Assembly (NCBI GenBank): GCA_963780185.1
Contig: CAWABA010000011.1
Location: 98,779-162,778 of the forward strand
Source of the DNA: Candidatus Bathyarchaeota archaeon
GTDB taxonomy: Archaea > Thermoproteota > Bathyarchaeia > Bathyarchaeales > Bathycorpusculaceae
Length of the DNA stretch: 64,000 bases
Reading direction: 5' to 3'
In this document: positions 29,184-39,884 of the stretch, one piece after another
Layout of the letters: the number at the start of each line of letters is the position of its first letter
Position numbering within the stretch: position 1 is the first letter of the stretch
Notes under the pieces: model-generated
The model's database searches: none
The model's input: only the letters and a program-made list of their open reading frames with translations
Told to the model about the DNA's origin: nothing
Program-made: the position numbers and the translations under genes

Positions 29184-30922
29184 TTACTTTTTGGCGTTTG
29201 TGAACCACTGGCTTAGGTCGGAGCCGCAAGACGGGCAGAACTTTGCGGGGTTTCGAAGTTGATTCCCGCAGTTGGGGCAGAAAACAGCCTTGGGCTGCGT
29301 AGCAACTGGTTCTTGAGGGAGCGGAGATGCGTTTCAATGGTTTGCGCTATCGGCTTCTGGGGCTTTTCCATAACCTGTTGCGGACCGCTTTGATTAGCTG
29401 CCTTTTTACTTGATGTGGGAGATTTTCTGGTTTGTTTTCTTCGTACGGAAAGGAGTACCCCAGCTAACACAAAAGCAATTACCACAATAAGAAGCGCCAA
29501 GAACATGGGTTGAGACAGGAGACTCGGGTTGTCTGTTGTTGGGGGATTTGTCGGTGAGCGCCGTAATTGTCAGAGGGGACGCTGTAGGGGTTGGTATCCA
29601 CCATTGATTTGTTGAAGACGAATCGTACGATGATAGGTGGGATTGCAGGTCAAGACTGGTAAATCCTGTGGATATTCCTGAGGGAAGCGTCAGCATCTGG
29701 TTTGCTAAAACGGTTATCGTGTTGTTGGTGTACTGATCAACGAAGATGACGGAGCCGTCCATGACTTGGATTGTTGTCGAATCATTGGAGACCGTCACGA
29801 CATAGTCGGTTCCCTCGCCCATAATTAATCCTTGGGGCACCTGAATAGGTCTCACGTCGTAGGTTCCTTCTTGTGGAGATAACTGTTCATGTATATACGC
29901 GATGCCTGTTCCCAGCAAGATTGATCCCTCTACAACTGCTGCGGCGCCCAAAGCGGCTGGAAGCGTTTCACCTAGTACCAGCATGCCAAAGCCGATTTCT
30001 AAAGGAAGAGTTACTCCGACTTGACCAAACTCTTCAGGATCTATCGCGGTGTCAGAGGAAAAAGAATCTATCGTGGGTGTTGGCACTATTGTGTAAGTTA
30101 TGTTTCCTGTTACTGGATCGGTTTGAGGCTCAGGATAAACCCAAAGTGCATGAGAGTTTGCCCCCAAATATACAGTTCCTCCCTGGTCAGGATAGCTGAA
30201 ACCGATAATTCCGTCGCTGCCAGTCTGAACTTCTGCTCCTGCCCCTATTGACGTTTGAGTGGTAACTGGCGCGCCAGTGGCTGCAAGCCATGTTGTGCCT
30301 TGAACCTGTGAAATGCTGGCTAAATTGGTTGATGTGGGCAATGCAGGCGCGGGAGTCGGCGTGGGGGCTGGGGTTGGCGTTAGAACGGGCGGCATTGTGG
30401 CAGATGAGCCTGAGCGTAGAACAATTATGCCGTTGATTTCTGTGGTTTCGGCGTTTCCAGTTAAAGTTGCGGTTATGATGTCGGTGGTGAAGGTGCCCGC
30501 TAAGTGTTCCGCAGTTCCTGTGCTTGCACCCATCTCGTCAGCTGCGAAACTTGCACTTGAAACCGTGCCGGAAAACGCAATTTGGTTAAATCCAACTGAG
30601 GGAACACCGTTATAGCCGTACTCGCTAAAGTATGCTGGGTCTGTAGTCGAGCTTAACTCGTTAATATTCAATACAATATTTATCGAGTTGCCGCTTTGAG
30701 TTATGATCATAGAGTATGTTACTTGTACGTCATTCATCCGCAAGGTTGGGTCAAAAGAATCCATTTCATAATACGTTTCGGAATGGTGTTTTTCCATGTT
30801 CCTGTTAAATCTCTTGCTGGTGTTAGCGCATGCAGCGGCGTTATGAATGACGCAAAAAGCAACACCCCTAACAAGATTGGAGTGATGATTTTAAATCGGC
30901 TAACCGTTTTGCCTGCTAACAT
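29184..30922 (-). CDS. Secreted, membrane-anchored FecR-like protein with cytoplasmic zinc ribbon (3 frameshifts: about 30775, 29560, 29330)
   Basis: Signal peptide (30922 ORF), S/T-rich domain, [12 protein letters not shown] linker, FecR-like beta repeats, [21 protein letters not shown], then [19 protein letters not shown]. Confidence 0.65.
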
Positions 30923-31179
30923 GAAATTTATCTCAATTCTTCCCGTTTTGCATGTATTCTCTCTTCCGATAGCTGATTACCTTGTGTTTTTGAATATTAA
31001 CCTTTAGTAAGCCCAAACTGAATTAGTGCTATTCAACCGCTCAGTCTGATAACACCAAGCGACCCTTCCGATTTATGCCATCGAGTTAAGAAGTCTGAAA
31101 ACATTCCTTGAGGCATTGAAATCGTTTGGGGCAAAATATAAGGCGAGAGACCGTGCGATATACCCCGTAGGGAAGAAAG

Positions 31180-31401
31180 ATGTTTAGGAAATGCCCATCT
31201 TGCGGGCGTCGATTTCAGGCGAAAGAGGTTAAAAGAGAGGACCTCGGAGCATATGAGTTTCGAGAGCCAGACCGAAATGGCTTCAGACAAGGGCATGCCG
31301 AGAACTTCAGGGTAACCTTCAAATGCCGAAGCTGTGGCCACGAATGGACAGAAGTGAGTGAAAAAGCACTCCATGACCATTTGAGACCTCCTAAACGCTA
31401 A
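31180..31401 (+). CDS. Small zinc-ribbon protein
   Basis: CPSCG...CRSCGHEW. Confidence 0.6.
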   Translation: MFRKCPSCGRRFQAKEVKREDLGAYEFREPDRNGFRQGHAENFRVTFKCRSCGHEWTEVSEKALHDHLRPPKR

Positions 31402-31452
31402 GCATCACACATTTTTGAATGTGTCTTTTTCCGACTTAGTTGAGTGTTGATT

Positions 31453-32214
31453 TTATGAAGCCATTTTGTTAAGTGACCTTAACCCCCACATGAACACAAG
31501 GGTTGCAAGCACGCCGATTATGACGAATCCCTCCACAATTCCGATGTTTGAAAAGCTCCCAGCAAATAGGTTGCGTGTAGCGTTGACTGCATATGAGAAC
31601 GGGTTAATCTTCGCTATATCTTGGAGCCAGATGGGCGCCAGCGCAAGAGGAAGAATAATTCCTGACAGCAAAGAGACGGGCAGCGTTATCGTGTTTAACG
31701 TGGGCGCTAAGGCATCCTCAATCTTGTAAATGAGGGCGAAACCGTACGAGATGGATGCCATGGTAATTCCGATTAAAGCATACAGAACAAGCGAGAGTGC
31801 GAACCCGTAAATGTTTACGCTTAGCCCAAACGGGATGGCTACTAGTGTAATCAGGGCGCATTGAAGAAGCAAGATGACTGCATCCCTTAATACTCTGCCT
31901 AAGAGGATGGCTGGTCGTTTCGCTGGGGTGACTAGGAACCGTTCTATGACTCCGCTTCTGATGTCGTCAATGAGTGAGAATCCGACAAAGGCTGTTCCGA
32001 AGAGCGCTTGCAGAACCAAAAGTCCAGGAATGAAAACGTCGACTGCTTTTCCAGACGGAATGCCTGGAACGCCGCCGAGGCCGTTTAGGAGCGGCATGAA
32101 CAAAAGCAGGTACATTAGCGGCTGGAACATGCTTACGAAAACGAAAACTGGGCTCCGCAAGGTGTGCTGCATGTTGCGGATAAACATCAGTTTTGTGTCG
32201 CGTAAAAGAGTCAT
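31453..32214 (-). CDS. ABC-2 type exporter permease (DrrB-like)
   Basis: Six TMs; GVIERFLVTP, NPFSYAVNATR. Confidence 0.9.
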   Translation of the reverse strand: MTLLRDTKLMFIRNMQHTLRSPVFVFVSMFQPLMYLLLFMPLLNGLGGVPGIPSGKAVDVFIPGLLVLQALFGTAFVGFSLIDDIRSGVIERFLVTPAKRPAILLGRVLRDAVILLLQCALITLVAIPFGLSVNIYGFALSLVLYALIGITMASISYGFALIYKIEDALAPTLNTITLPVSLLSGIILPLALAPIWLQDIAKINPFSYAVNATRNLFAGSFSNIGIVEGFVIIGVLATLVFMWGLRSLNKMAS

Positions 32215-33182
32215 TTTATCGTATCCTCCCTAAGTGAACGACCAGTGTACTTGAGAAACACGTCGTCTAAACTTGGCCTCGACAAGGTTACGCCCTGCGC
32301 TTCCAAGCCGCTTGCGTCAAGCGACCGCAAAAGCTCAGGCATAATTCTCTCCCCATCCTTAACGGTTAAGTGCACTGCGCTGTTTTTGGTTTGAATTTTC
32401 TCCACCTTAACCTTCTCGGTTAACAGCGTTTCAGCTTTGCGCGCGATTTCCTCCGACGCAAAACTAAACACTATCGTGTCGCCGCCAACCGAGCTTTTCA
32501 ATTCACTTGGCGTTCCCGTCACAATGACTTTTCCGTCATCGATAATCGCGATTATGTCGCAGAGCTTGTCCGCTTCATCCATGTACTGCGTCGTTAAGAA
32601 AATGGTGACTCCCGCATCTTTCAGCTTCTTAATTTCCCCCCACAGATAAGCCCTGCTTTGCGGGTCAAGACCCGTCGTCGGCTCATCGAGAAGAAGCAAC
32701 TGCGGATGATGAATCATTCCCAGCGCAATGTCTAATCGACGCTTTTGCCCTCCGGAGTAGGATTGGGCTGGTCTTTCTATGAATGAGCTCATTTGGAAAC
32801 GCTCCACAAACTCGGAGGCGTATTTCTTGGCAGTTAAATCATCCAAACCGTAAAGTTGAGCTTGAAGAATCAGGTTTTCAACGCCTGTAGAAGACAGGTC
32901 TGCTCCGCCTGCTTGACTCACACAGCCAATGTTCTGCCTAATCTGTTCCTGTTGCTCAGCCAAGTCATATCCGAGGACTTTGGCTTCTCCGCCTGTCGGG
33001 CACAACAGTGTGGAAAGCATTTTTTGGGTGGTGGATTTGCCGGCGCCGTTTGGGCCTAGGAAACCGAAGATTTCTCCTTTCCTGACGCTGAGGTCTATGC
33101 CTTTGACGGCTTCTACTTCTTTTTTGCCGCCTCTTCCCTTAGAAATGAAAGTCTTCCGAAGCCCTTTAGTCTGAATCACCAA
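32211..33182 (-). CDS. ABC exporter ATP-binding subunit (DrrA-like)
   Basis: GPNGAGKST, YSGGQKRR, LLDEPTTGLDP, PSLDDVFL. Confidence 0.95.
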   Translation of the reverse strand: MVIQTKGLRKTFISKGRGGKKEVEAVKGIDLSVRKGEIFGFLGPNGAGKSTTQKMLSTLLCPTGGEAKVLGYDLAEQQEQIRQNIGCVSQAGGADLSSTGVENLILQAQLYGLDDLTAKKYASEFVERFQMSSFIERPAQSYSGGQKRRLDIALGMIHHPQLLLLDEPTTGLDPQSRAYLWGEIKKLKDAGVTIFLTTQYMDEADKLCDIIAIIDDGKVIVTGTPSELKSSVGGDTIVFSFASEEIARKAETLLTEKVKVEKIQTKNSAVHLTVKDGERIMPELLRSLDASGLEAQGVTLSRPSLDDVFLKYTGRSLREDTIK

Positions 33183-33472
33183 ATTTTCAGTCGTCTCAAG
33201 TCACCCATTGAATAATTCTTACAAACCTTCTTCAGCCCCATACAAAAAACGTCTATTTAAGAATTCGCCGCAGTTTCCTGAGTTGACAAATGAGCTTATC
33301 CTGTACTTTTATAAGACTACCGATTACGCGGGGAAGCCGTCTTTTGTCGCCTGCCTTGCTTTGCTTTACGTAATAAGGGTTGAGCATATGAACTCGCAAT
33401 TCATAAGAGTTAAAGTTCACTTGTTTTCTAATTACATTCAATAATCATATCCTAAAGAGGCGAAAAAACCGA

Positions 33473-33904
33473 ATGAGAATAAAAAAGTTAATGCGAAACA
33501 AAAAAGCCTTCTCAGCAATAATAGCTTCATTAATACTAATGCTTCTCGCAGTCGCAGCCGGAGTAGTAGTCTACGCATACGTTATGGGTTGGATCGGTGG
33601 AGCTCAGCAGACATCAACTCCTGGTACAGGCCGCTTGCAGATGGATTCAATAACAGCGACTAATTCAACAGCAAAAATAAATTTGTACGTTAGAAACACT
33701 GGCGGAGGAAGTCTTGTTCTTAGCAGTTTCTATGTACAAGGTGTAGCCGTAACACCAAGCAACACTTACAAAACAGCACTCCCAGTTCAAGGCACAGTTA
33801 ACTTGCAGTTCAAAATGTCTACGCTTAATACAGGCACATATTACACAGTCCAAGTCGTCTGCACTGACGGTACCACAGTCAGCACTTCAGTAGAGGCACG
33901 TTAG
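33473..33904 (+). CDS. Type IV pilin (class III signal peptide)
   Basis: KKA|FSAIIASLILMLLAVAAGVVVY. Confidence 0.9.
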   Translation: MRIKKLMRNKKAFSAIIASLILMLLAVAAGVVVYAYVMGWIGGAQQTSTPGTGRLQMDSITATNSTAKINLYVRNTGGGSLVLSSFYVQGVAVTPSNTYKTALPVQGTVNLQFKMSTLNTGTYYTVQVVCTDGTTVSTSVEAR

Positions 33905-33944
33905 AAGGTTACCACCTTTTTTTAAAAAATGGAGCAGGAGTATA

Positions 33945-34385
33945 GTGTTCAAAAGACTACTGCGAGACAAAAAAGGTCTAGCTGAAATCGTAGGTAGCCT
34001 TATAATAATTTTAATAGTGGTCGCTGCAGGCGTTGTTGTTTACTCTTATAGCACAGGCGTTATTGGCTCGTCAAGCAGCAACTTGAATCTTCAAGCCACC
34101 ACAAATGAACAGCAAGCCCAAGAAAGGTTTGAAATAATCAGAGTCTGGTCAAACATTAAAAGTCAACTTAACTTAACTATTCTGAATTATGGGCAGATAG
34201 ACCTAACCATATGGAGCGTCTTTATAAACGGTACTATCGCCAACGTCAAACCGCTGACAATCGGTGTCGGGCAACTTGGCAACGTCTTATTGACATCGCC
34301 TTTAAAATTTCAACCAGGCTCTGATCTAAGTATTCTGGCGGTTTCAGAAAGGGGAGGAAAGACATCTATTGTTTACCAAGCGTAG
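33945..34385 (+). CDS. Type IV pilin (class III signal peptide)
   Basis: KKG|LAEIVGSLIIILIVVAAGVVVY; QERFEI motif. Confidence 0.9.
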   Translation: MFKRLLRDKKGLAEIVGSLIIILIVVAAGVVVYSYSTGVIGSSSSNLNLQATTNEQQAQERFEIIRVWSNIKSQLNLTILNYGQIDLTIWSVFINGTIANVKPLTIGVGQLGNVLLTSPLKFQPGSDLSILAVSERGGKTSIVYQA

Positions 34386-35502
34386 CCGCGGGAAAAAGGG
34401 TGTTGGGTCAATCATAGGAGCAGTTTTTGTAATTCTCATACTTCTTTCAGGTTTCACTTTTTACGAAGTAGCTCTAAAAAACATGAACAGTTACACAGCC
34501 GTAATTGACTCGATGAATCAAGCGGATATGAATACAAGCCATGAAGAACTCCGCATAAATTCGATTCAAATAAGCAGCAACAACGAGCTTAACATGACAG
34601 TGCAAAATATCGGGTCAGTTCCTTCAATCATACTTTGGATCGGAATTTTTAATCAGTCAATGAATCCTGAAGGACAATGGTACTTCAGCGTTAGCCAGCA
34701 AATCGCCGCTGGTCAAACATTATGCAACTTTACTTCTCCCTTTACAGTCACGCGAGGGCAACAATACACAGTGCAACTTGTGACCCAAAATGGCAACGTT
34801 TTTGATTATACACTTTATCCAGCAAGCCAAGCGAATCTTCATCTGACGCTTATGGCTGGTTCCCCAACCGTTTATCAAGGAAACAACGTAACGATGTTTC
34901 TAACAGTGACAAACAACAATGCAAACATCGCTGTTCAGAACATAGAGGTAAGCCTTGTAGCGGTACCTTCCAATTTAACTTTAGCCTTGGTATTCCCTGT
35001 CTCCCTGACTATAAATACACTAGGAGCCGGAGCAAGCGCCTTCTTCACTTGGACTTACAAGGCGACAAACATTGGAACAGTTCTGTTTAAAGCAACATAC
35101 AATCAAGCACCACAGGGAGCCTTTACTACCTCGTCAGTCTCGATTTTAGCAGTTCCAACAGCTGCAGTTAATCAGGGACAAGTAATTATCACAGACGCCA
35201 ACGCAACTGGAACAGTTATACAATTCGGGGCTTGGCAAAACTACATCATAACTTCGACTTCTACCAGCGGAGCGCCGACACCATATGCATACGTTTCCAT
35301 ATATGCAAATGGAACAAGCGTAAACTTTGAAAATGCCCTTGATAATTCGAGCATAAACGACCCCGCGTGGGTGCAATTGGATTCAAAGGGAACATACCAG
35401 TTGAAGCTTCAAGCGACCAGTTCTTCTTCGCAGACGTTTACTATTTTCGCGTCGGTTGGGACAACCGTCGGGCAAAAGAGCATACTGCAGGAGGCGCCGT
35501 AA
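34369..35502 (+). CDS. Large minor pilin/adhesin with Ig-like domains
   Basis: KKG|VGSIIGAVFVILILL; beta-rich, N/T/S-rich body with many NxS/T sequons. Confidence 0.8.
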   Translation: MFTKRSRGKKGVGSIIGAVFVILILLSGFTFYEVALKNMNSYTAVIDSMNQADMNTSHEELRINSIQISSNNELNMTVQNIGSVPSIILWIGIFNQSMNPEGQWYFSVSQQIAAGQTLCNFTSPFTVTRGQQYTVQLVTQNGNVFDYTLYPASQANLHLTLMAGSPTVYQGNNVTMFLTVTNNNANIAVQNIEVSLVAVPSNLTLALVFPVSLTINTLGAGASAFFTWTYKATNIGTVLFKATYNQAPQGAFTTSSVSILAVPTAAVNQGQVIITDANATGTVIQFGAWQNYIITSTSTSGAPTPYAYVSIYANGTSVNFENALDNSSINDPAWVQLDSKGTYQLKLQATSSSSQTFTIFASVGTTVGQKSILQEAP

Positions 35503-35504
35503 TA

Positions 35505-37106
35505 ATGGCTAAGCCAAAGGAGAAAGCCACAGCAGCCACCGAGGATCAACACGGCGGAATTGTTTTTCTCGACCTTTTTAAGAGAAAAAACAAAGGAACT
35601 AATTTACCGCAACAGAAGCCCAGCATAATTGTCGCGGAGCAAAATGAGCAGACCCAATTCAAGGATTTCTACGCTGTTACCCCTCCATTCGGGCATGTAG
35701 GCATTCAATTTGACAACTCAACTGGACGGCTGCTATACAGGGCTATCGAGCCCACAATGGATGCTCATGAGCAAGAAACGCTCTCAAAGCTGAAGAACAT
35801 GCTTAGAGAAGAGACATGTATCTCACTTGCTGTCATACGAGACAAAAATTTGCTTGAAGCGTATCTTCTTGAAAGTATCAAAAAAATGGTCAAGAGATTC
35901 AAACTGGACGTTAAGAGTAACTCGCTTGAAAAATTCACTTATTATGTTAAAAGAGATTTCCTTGGTTATGGACCATTGGATGTCCTCGTGAAGGATCAAA
36001 ACATCGAAGATATTAGCTGTAATGGAACAGGGATTCCCATTTACGTGTGGCATCGGCTGTACGAGTCACTACCAACAAATGTTTCGTTTGCCTCAAGTGC
36101 TGAACTAGACACTTTCATAACTCGGTTAGCTTACCGATCAGGACACCAAATCTCAATTTCAAACCCTATCCTTGAGGGAGCACTTCCTGAAGGCTTCAGA
36201 ATACACGTTACACTTGAAGAAGTCTCAAAGAGAGGAGGAACCTTCACCATAAGAAAGGTCCGAGCGAACCCATTCACCATCACCGACCTAATAAGTCTGG
36301 GAACCATGCCCACCAGTATCGCAGCATATTTCTGGACTCTTGTAGAAAACAAAAGATCAATCATTGCCTCCGGCGCAACAGCTTCAGGCAAAACAGGTTT
36401 TCTAAATTCCATATGCTCGTTTATTCCGCCGGAAATGAAAGTAGTCACAATCGAAGAAGTTAGAGAGTTGCGCCTGCACGAAAACTGGATTCCAATGGTA
36501 ACTCGACCGTCGCTTCAAGCAGGCATTCAAGAAGTAACTCTTTTTGACCTCTTAAAATCGTCTTTACGGCAGAGACCCGACTTTATAATAGTGGGTGAAA
36601 TTCGAGGCGAGGAAGCCTTCACTCTTTTCCAGAGTATAGCCGTGGGTCATGGCGGCATGTGTACCATCCACGCTGAAGATGTTGAAGCAGTGGAGAAACG
36701 GCTTTTGACCGAACCAATGAACATTCCACCAATGTTAATTCCAATGATGAATGTAGTTGTGCAACTAAATAGGACAAAATTCCGTGACCGAGTGGTCAGG
36801 AGAATAGCTGACCTGTCGGAGATTACCGACAAAGGCGTTTTCAAGAAGCTTTATGAATGGGATCCAGGGGATGACTCATTCAATTTATCAGTTCCAAGTA
36901 TCAAAGAAAGCGTTGCGTTAAAAAGAGTAGCCAAGACAAAACACATCTCCATCGAAGATGTTGTTGAGGATTTAGATAAAAAAGAGGTAATTCTGAAATG
37001 GTTGATGCAAAATAAAATTAGCGCTTACGAGCAGGTCTCAGAAATTATAAGAAAATACTATGTGACCCCAAGCGAGATTTTCAACCGAGCGAGGTTTGGA
37101 TTGTAA
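35505..37106 (+). CDS. Type IV pilus assembly ATPase (TadA/ArlI-like)
   Basis: LVKDQNIEDISCNG, GATASGKT, TIEEVREL, LRQRPDFIIVGEIRGEEA, GHGGMCTIHA; ATG at 35505. Confidence 0.95.
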   Translation: MAKPKEKATAATEDQHGGIVFLDLFKRKNKGTNLPQQKPSIIVAEQNEQTQFKDFYAVTPPFGHVGIQFDNSTGRLLYRAIEPTMDAHEQETLSKLKNMLREETCISLAVIRDKNLLEAYLLESIKKMVKRFKLDVKSNSLEKFTYYVKRDFLGYGPLDVLVKDQNIEDISCNGTGIPIYVWHRLYESLPTNVSFASSAELDTFITRLAYRSGHQISISNPILEGALPEGFRIHVTLEEVSKRGGTFTIRKVRANPFTITDLISLGTMPTSIAAYFWTLVENKRSIIASGATASGKTGFLNSICSFIPPEMKVVTIEEVRELRLHENWIPMVTRPSLQAGIQEVTLFDLLKSSLRQRPDFIIVGEIRGEEAFTLFQSIAVGHGGMCTIHAEDVEAVEKRLLTEPMNIPPMLIPMMNVVVQLNRTKFRDRVVRRIADLSEITDKGVFKKLYEWDPGDDSFNLSVPSIKESVALKRVAKTKHISIEDVVEDLDKKEVILKWLMQNKISAYEQVSEIIRKYYVTPSEIFNRARFGL

Positions 37107-37988
37107 ATGTCAAAATATGATTTAACAAATCATGTTGTAGACGCTAGCTACAGGCTGTTCGGTCGCTGGGTGCCGAATATCCCAAGTTTCAAGAAAGATT
37201 ACTATAGAAGTGGTCTCAAAACCGCGTGTGAATCATACTTAGCATTAGCCATCTTCATCTGCACCAGCACGTCTATACTATCATTTACCTCTGGTTTACT
37301 GTTGCAATGCGCTCTTCATGTTCAGTTTACACAAAGTCTCCTTGGCGCATTTGTGTTGTCCTTCGTTTGCACGGTTATTTCTCTAGCTTGCCTAACAGCT
37401 TACCCACTTGTTCGGGCCAACAAAAATAAGAATGAAATTGACTCCAACCTGATCTACACTGTTGGTTACATGAGCGTGCTATCAGCAGGGGGGCTCTCAA
37501 TCGAGCGAATATTCGATAGAGTAATAGAGGTTGAACCGAGAGCTTCAATAAAAGATTTGGCTTTAAGGTTTGCAACCAACGTTAAAATACTCGGGGCTGA
37601 CGTTACCGCCTCGTTAAATGACATAAAAATGCGCAGCGCTTCAGACGTATTCTCAAAACTTATGTTAAGCATAATTAACACGTCCAAAACCAGCGGTGAC
37701 CTAAAAAACCTCTTAGCCTTCGAAACCAACCATCTTCTGGCTTTAAAACGGGAGCAATTGAAAAAGCGACTAACAAGCATGGTGGCACTAGCTGAAATCT
37801 ACGTTGCAGCGATGGTTATGGCACCAGTTACTTTCATCATAATGATTACGTTGCTCTCTGTCCTAGGCGGCTCATCTTTTTCTATGTCACCAGTAACCCA
37901 ACTTAACATGATTGTTTTCTTAGGTATACCCGCAATTTGTACGGTGTTCATCGTTTTCTTAGACGACGCCCTGCCCAAGGAGGATTAA
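37107..37988 (+). CDS. Type IV pilus membrane platform protein (T2SS-F/TadB-C-like)
   Basis: TM pair, YMSVLSAGGLSIERIF, C-terminal TMs; directly downstream of the ATPase. Confidence 0.85.
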   Translation: MSKYDLTNHVVDASYRLFGRWVPNIPSFKKDYYRSGLKTACESYLALAIFICTSTSILSFTSGLLLQCALHVQFTQSLLGAFVLSFVCTVISLACLTAYPLVRANKNKNEIDSNLIYTVGYMSVLSAGGLSIERIFDRVIEVEPRASIKDLALRFATNVKILGADVTASLNDIKMRSASDVFSKLMLSIINTSKTSGDLKNLLAFETNHLLALKREQLKKRLTSMVALAEIYVAAMVMAPVTFIIMITLLSVLGGSSFSMSPVTQLNMIVFLGIPAICTVFIVFLDDALPKED

Positions 37989-37989
37989 A

Positions 37990-38862
37990 ATGTACTTTAA
38001 TAGGAACCTTAGGCTTGCAATCTGGATAGTATCGGTGGCAGTAGGCGTCTTGGTTATTCTATCTCCGCTTTTGTCTGGGTTATATCGTCCAACGGAGCCA
38101 TACCTGATTCCCCTCAGCCAGACAGTGGATAACGTCATTTCTTTTGGTTTCATAATTGCGATTGTTTTCCCCGCAATCGTTGAGTACAATAATTATCTCT
38201 GGGTTAGGCGCGTCGAGAGTTCTATCCCTCGGATGCTTAGAGACGTTGCAGAATCAGTCAGTTCAGGCGTAACCTTGCCTAAAGCTGTTGAGCAAGTCGC
38301 TGAGAAAGGCTATGGGCCGCTTTCAAAAGAACTTGAAAGGGTCATCGCCTTATTTGTGCTGGGCGCCAGTTGGGAAGAGGCTATCAACTCCTTAACTAAA
38401 CATGTCGAGAGCCCATCGGTTGCAAGATTGGCAACAATACTCGTAGAAGCTAATCAGTCGGGGGGCAAAATAAGCGAGGTTTTGAACACAAGTGTCGAAC
38501 TATTTTCCAACATCGACCAGTACAAAGAAGAACAATTAAACAACATGAAACCCTACCTCTACACGATTTACGCATCCATCATCATCTTTTTAATCATTTC
38601 ACTCATAGTTCTGCGCCAATTCCTAGTTCCCCTCGCAGCCTCAACAAAAAACCCGATTGCATCCAATCCCAACTCAATTTCAGTGTTAGACATTAACTAC
38701 TACTCGTCAATTCTGTTCTGGGCATCTATGGTAGAATCTTTGTTCGGCGGCATAATCGCTGGCAAAATAGGAAACAGAAGTTACTCAGCGGGGCTAAGAC
38801 ACTCAGTTCTCCTTTCAGCTACAACCATTGTTTTCTTCAGCATCATCGGAGGTTTTATTTGA
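37990..38862 (+). CDS. Second T2SS-F/TadC-like membrane platform protein
   Basis: IPRMLRDVAESVSSGVTL, YGPLSKEL, SGGKISEVL, GGIIAGKI. Confidence 0.88.
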   Translation: MYFNRNLRLAIWIVSVAVGVLVILSPLLSGLYRPTEPYLIPLSQTVDNVISFGFIIAIVFPAIVEYNNYLWVRRVESSIPRMLRDVAESVSSGVTLPKAVEQVAEKGYGPLSKELERVIALFVLGASWEEAINSLTKHVESPSVARLATILVEANQSGGKISEVLNTSVELFSNIDQYKEEQLNNMKPYLYTIYASIIIFLIISLIVLRQFLVPLAASTKNPIASNPNSISVLDINYYSSILFWASMVESLFGGIIAGKIGNRSYSAGLRHSVLLSATTIVFFSIIGGFI

Positions 38863-39884
38863 GGCTGAAAAATAATAAGCTGGTAAATTCACCAATAATA
38901 ATAGATTCAAAACCAATCGATGACAAGGCAACACATGACTTCCTAAGTGACCTTGTTAAAAGAGGGGTTTTAGAAATTAAGCCTTCTTTTGAGAAGTCAA
39001 GAATACGATACCCTGATGCTGAAGAATACTTTAAAAGCTCCAGTTTTACGACAATGAAGTATTCTCTTGATTTATTGGTCCGAGAAGGAATACTCAAAGA
39101 AAAAGCAGTTGATCGGGTTCTAACTTGCCCAAACTGCAATTCGCCAGAAGTACATGCAAAGTTCGCGTGCCCCAAATGCGGCTCTGACAATGTAGGACTC
39201 ACCCAGTTTCTTGAGCACAAAATATGCGGCTACATCGGGTCCCGCAACGACTTCTTAAAAGTCAACAGCCTAGTTTGTCCACGATGCGGCACTGCACTTT
39301 CGGAGGCAGATGGCAGTTACAGAGGCATTGGCAACTTTTACGAATGCGAAAAATGTGACAACCGCTTTGATAAACCAGAGGTCATTCACATTTGCCAAAA
39401 CTGCGGGAAAACCTCAACTTTCCAAGACATAAAATACACGAAAATTTCAACATACAGAATAAACGATGACGTTCTGCGTGAGCTCACTAGCGAGTTACCG
39501 CTGCTGGAAAACATGCGTAAATTCCTTGAAAACGAAGGCTTCAAAGTTAAACTTCACAGCAAAATAACGGGAGTCTCCGGCATTCAATCAAGTTTCGACT
39601 TAATCGTCCAAAAAGAAAGCATCCTGCTAGTTATTGACGTATCCTTAGAAGGCAACAAATGCGACATCATATCGTTCTTAGCCAAACAAATCGACATAAA
39701 TCCCACAAAAGCCCTAATTCTTGACCTTTCAGGCGGCACTGAACTGGCGGCTCTGGGCAAGATCTACGGGCTGGAAGTTAAAGCTGTGGATAAAGTCAGC
39801 CAAGAAGTTCCAGCAGACTTTGCAACCTTAATTTCTAATCTCCAAGAGAAAAAAATTAAGGATTCTGGGGGCAAGCAGATTTGA
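38859..39884 (+). CDS. Multi-zinc-ribbon protein resembling the TackOD1 output domain, with C-terminal restriction-endonuclease-like region
   Basis: CPNC, CPKC, HKIC, CPRC, CEKC, CQNC; C-terminal ITGVSGIQSSFDLIV; family assignment from recall, not a search. Confidence 0.6.
   Translation: MRLKNNKLVNSPIIIDSKPIDDKATHDFLSDLVKRGVLEIKPSFEKSRIRYPDAEEYFKSSSFTTMKYSLDLLVREGILKEKAVDRVLTCPNCNSPEVHAKFACPKCGSDNVGLTQFLEHKICGYIGSRNDFLKVNSLVCPRCGTALSEADGSYRGIGNFYECEKCDNRFDKPEVIHICQNCGKTSTFQDIKYTKISTYRINDDVLRELTSELPLLENMRKFLENEGFKVKLHSKITGVSGIQSSFDLIVQKESILLVIDVSLEGNKCDIISFLAKQIDINPTKALILDLSGGTELAALGKIYGLEVKAVDKVSQEVPADFATLISNLQEKKIKDSGGKQI

Noticed and set aside
33473-38862. Archaellum (motility) operon
   Set aside because: No ArlH, ArlF/G or chemotaxis genes, two separate platform genes, and short pilin-type rather than archaellin-type subunits.
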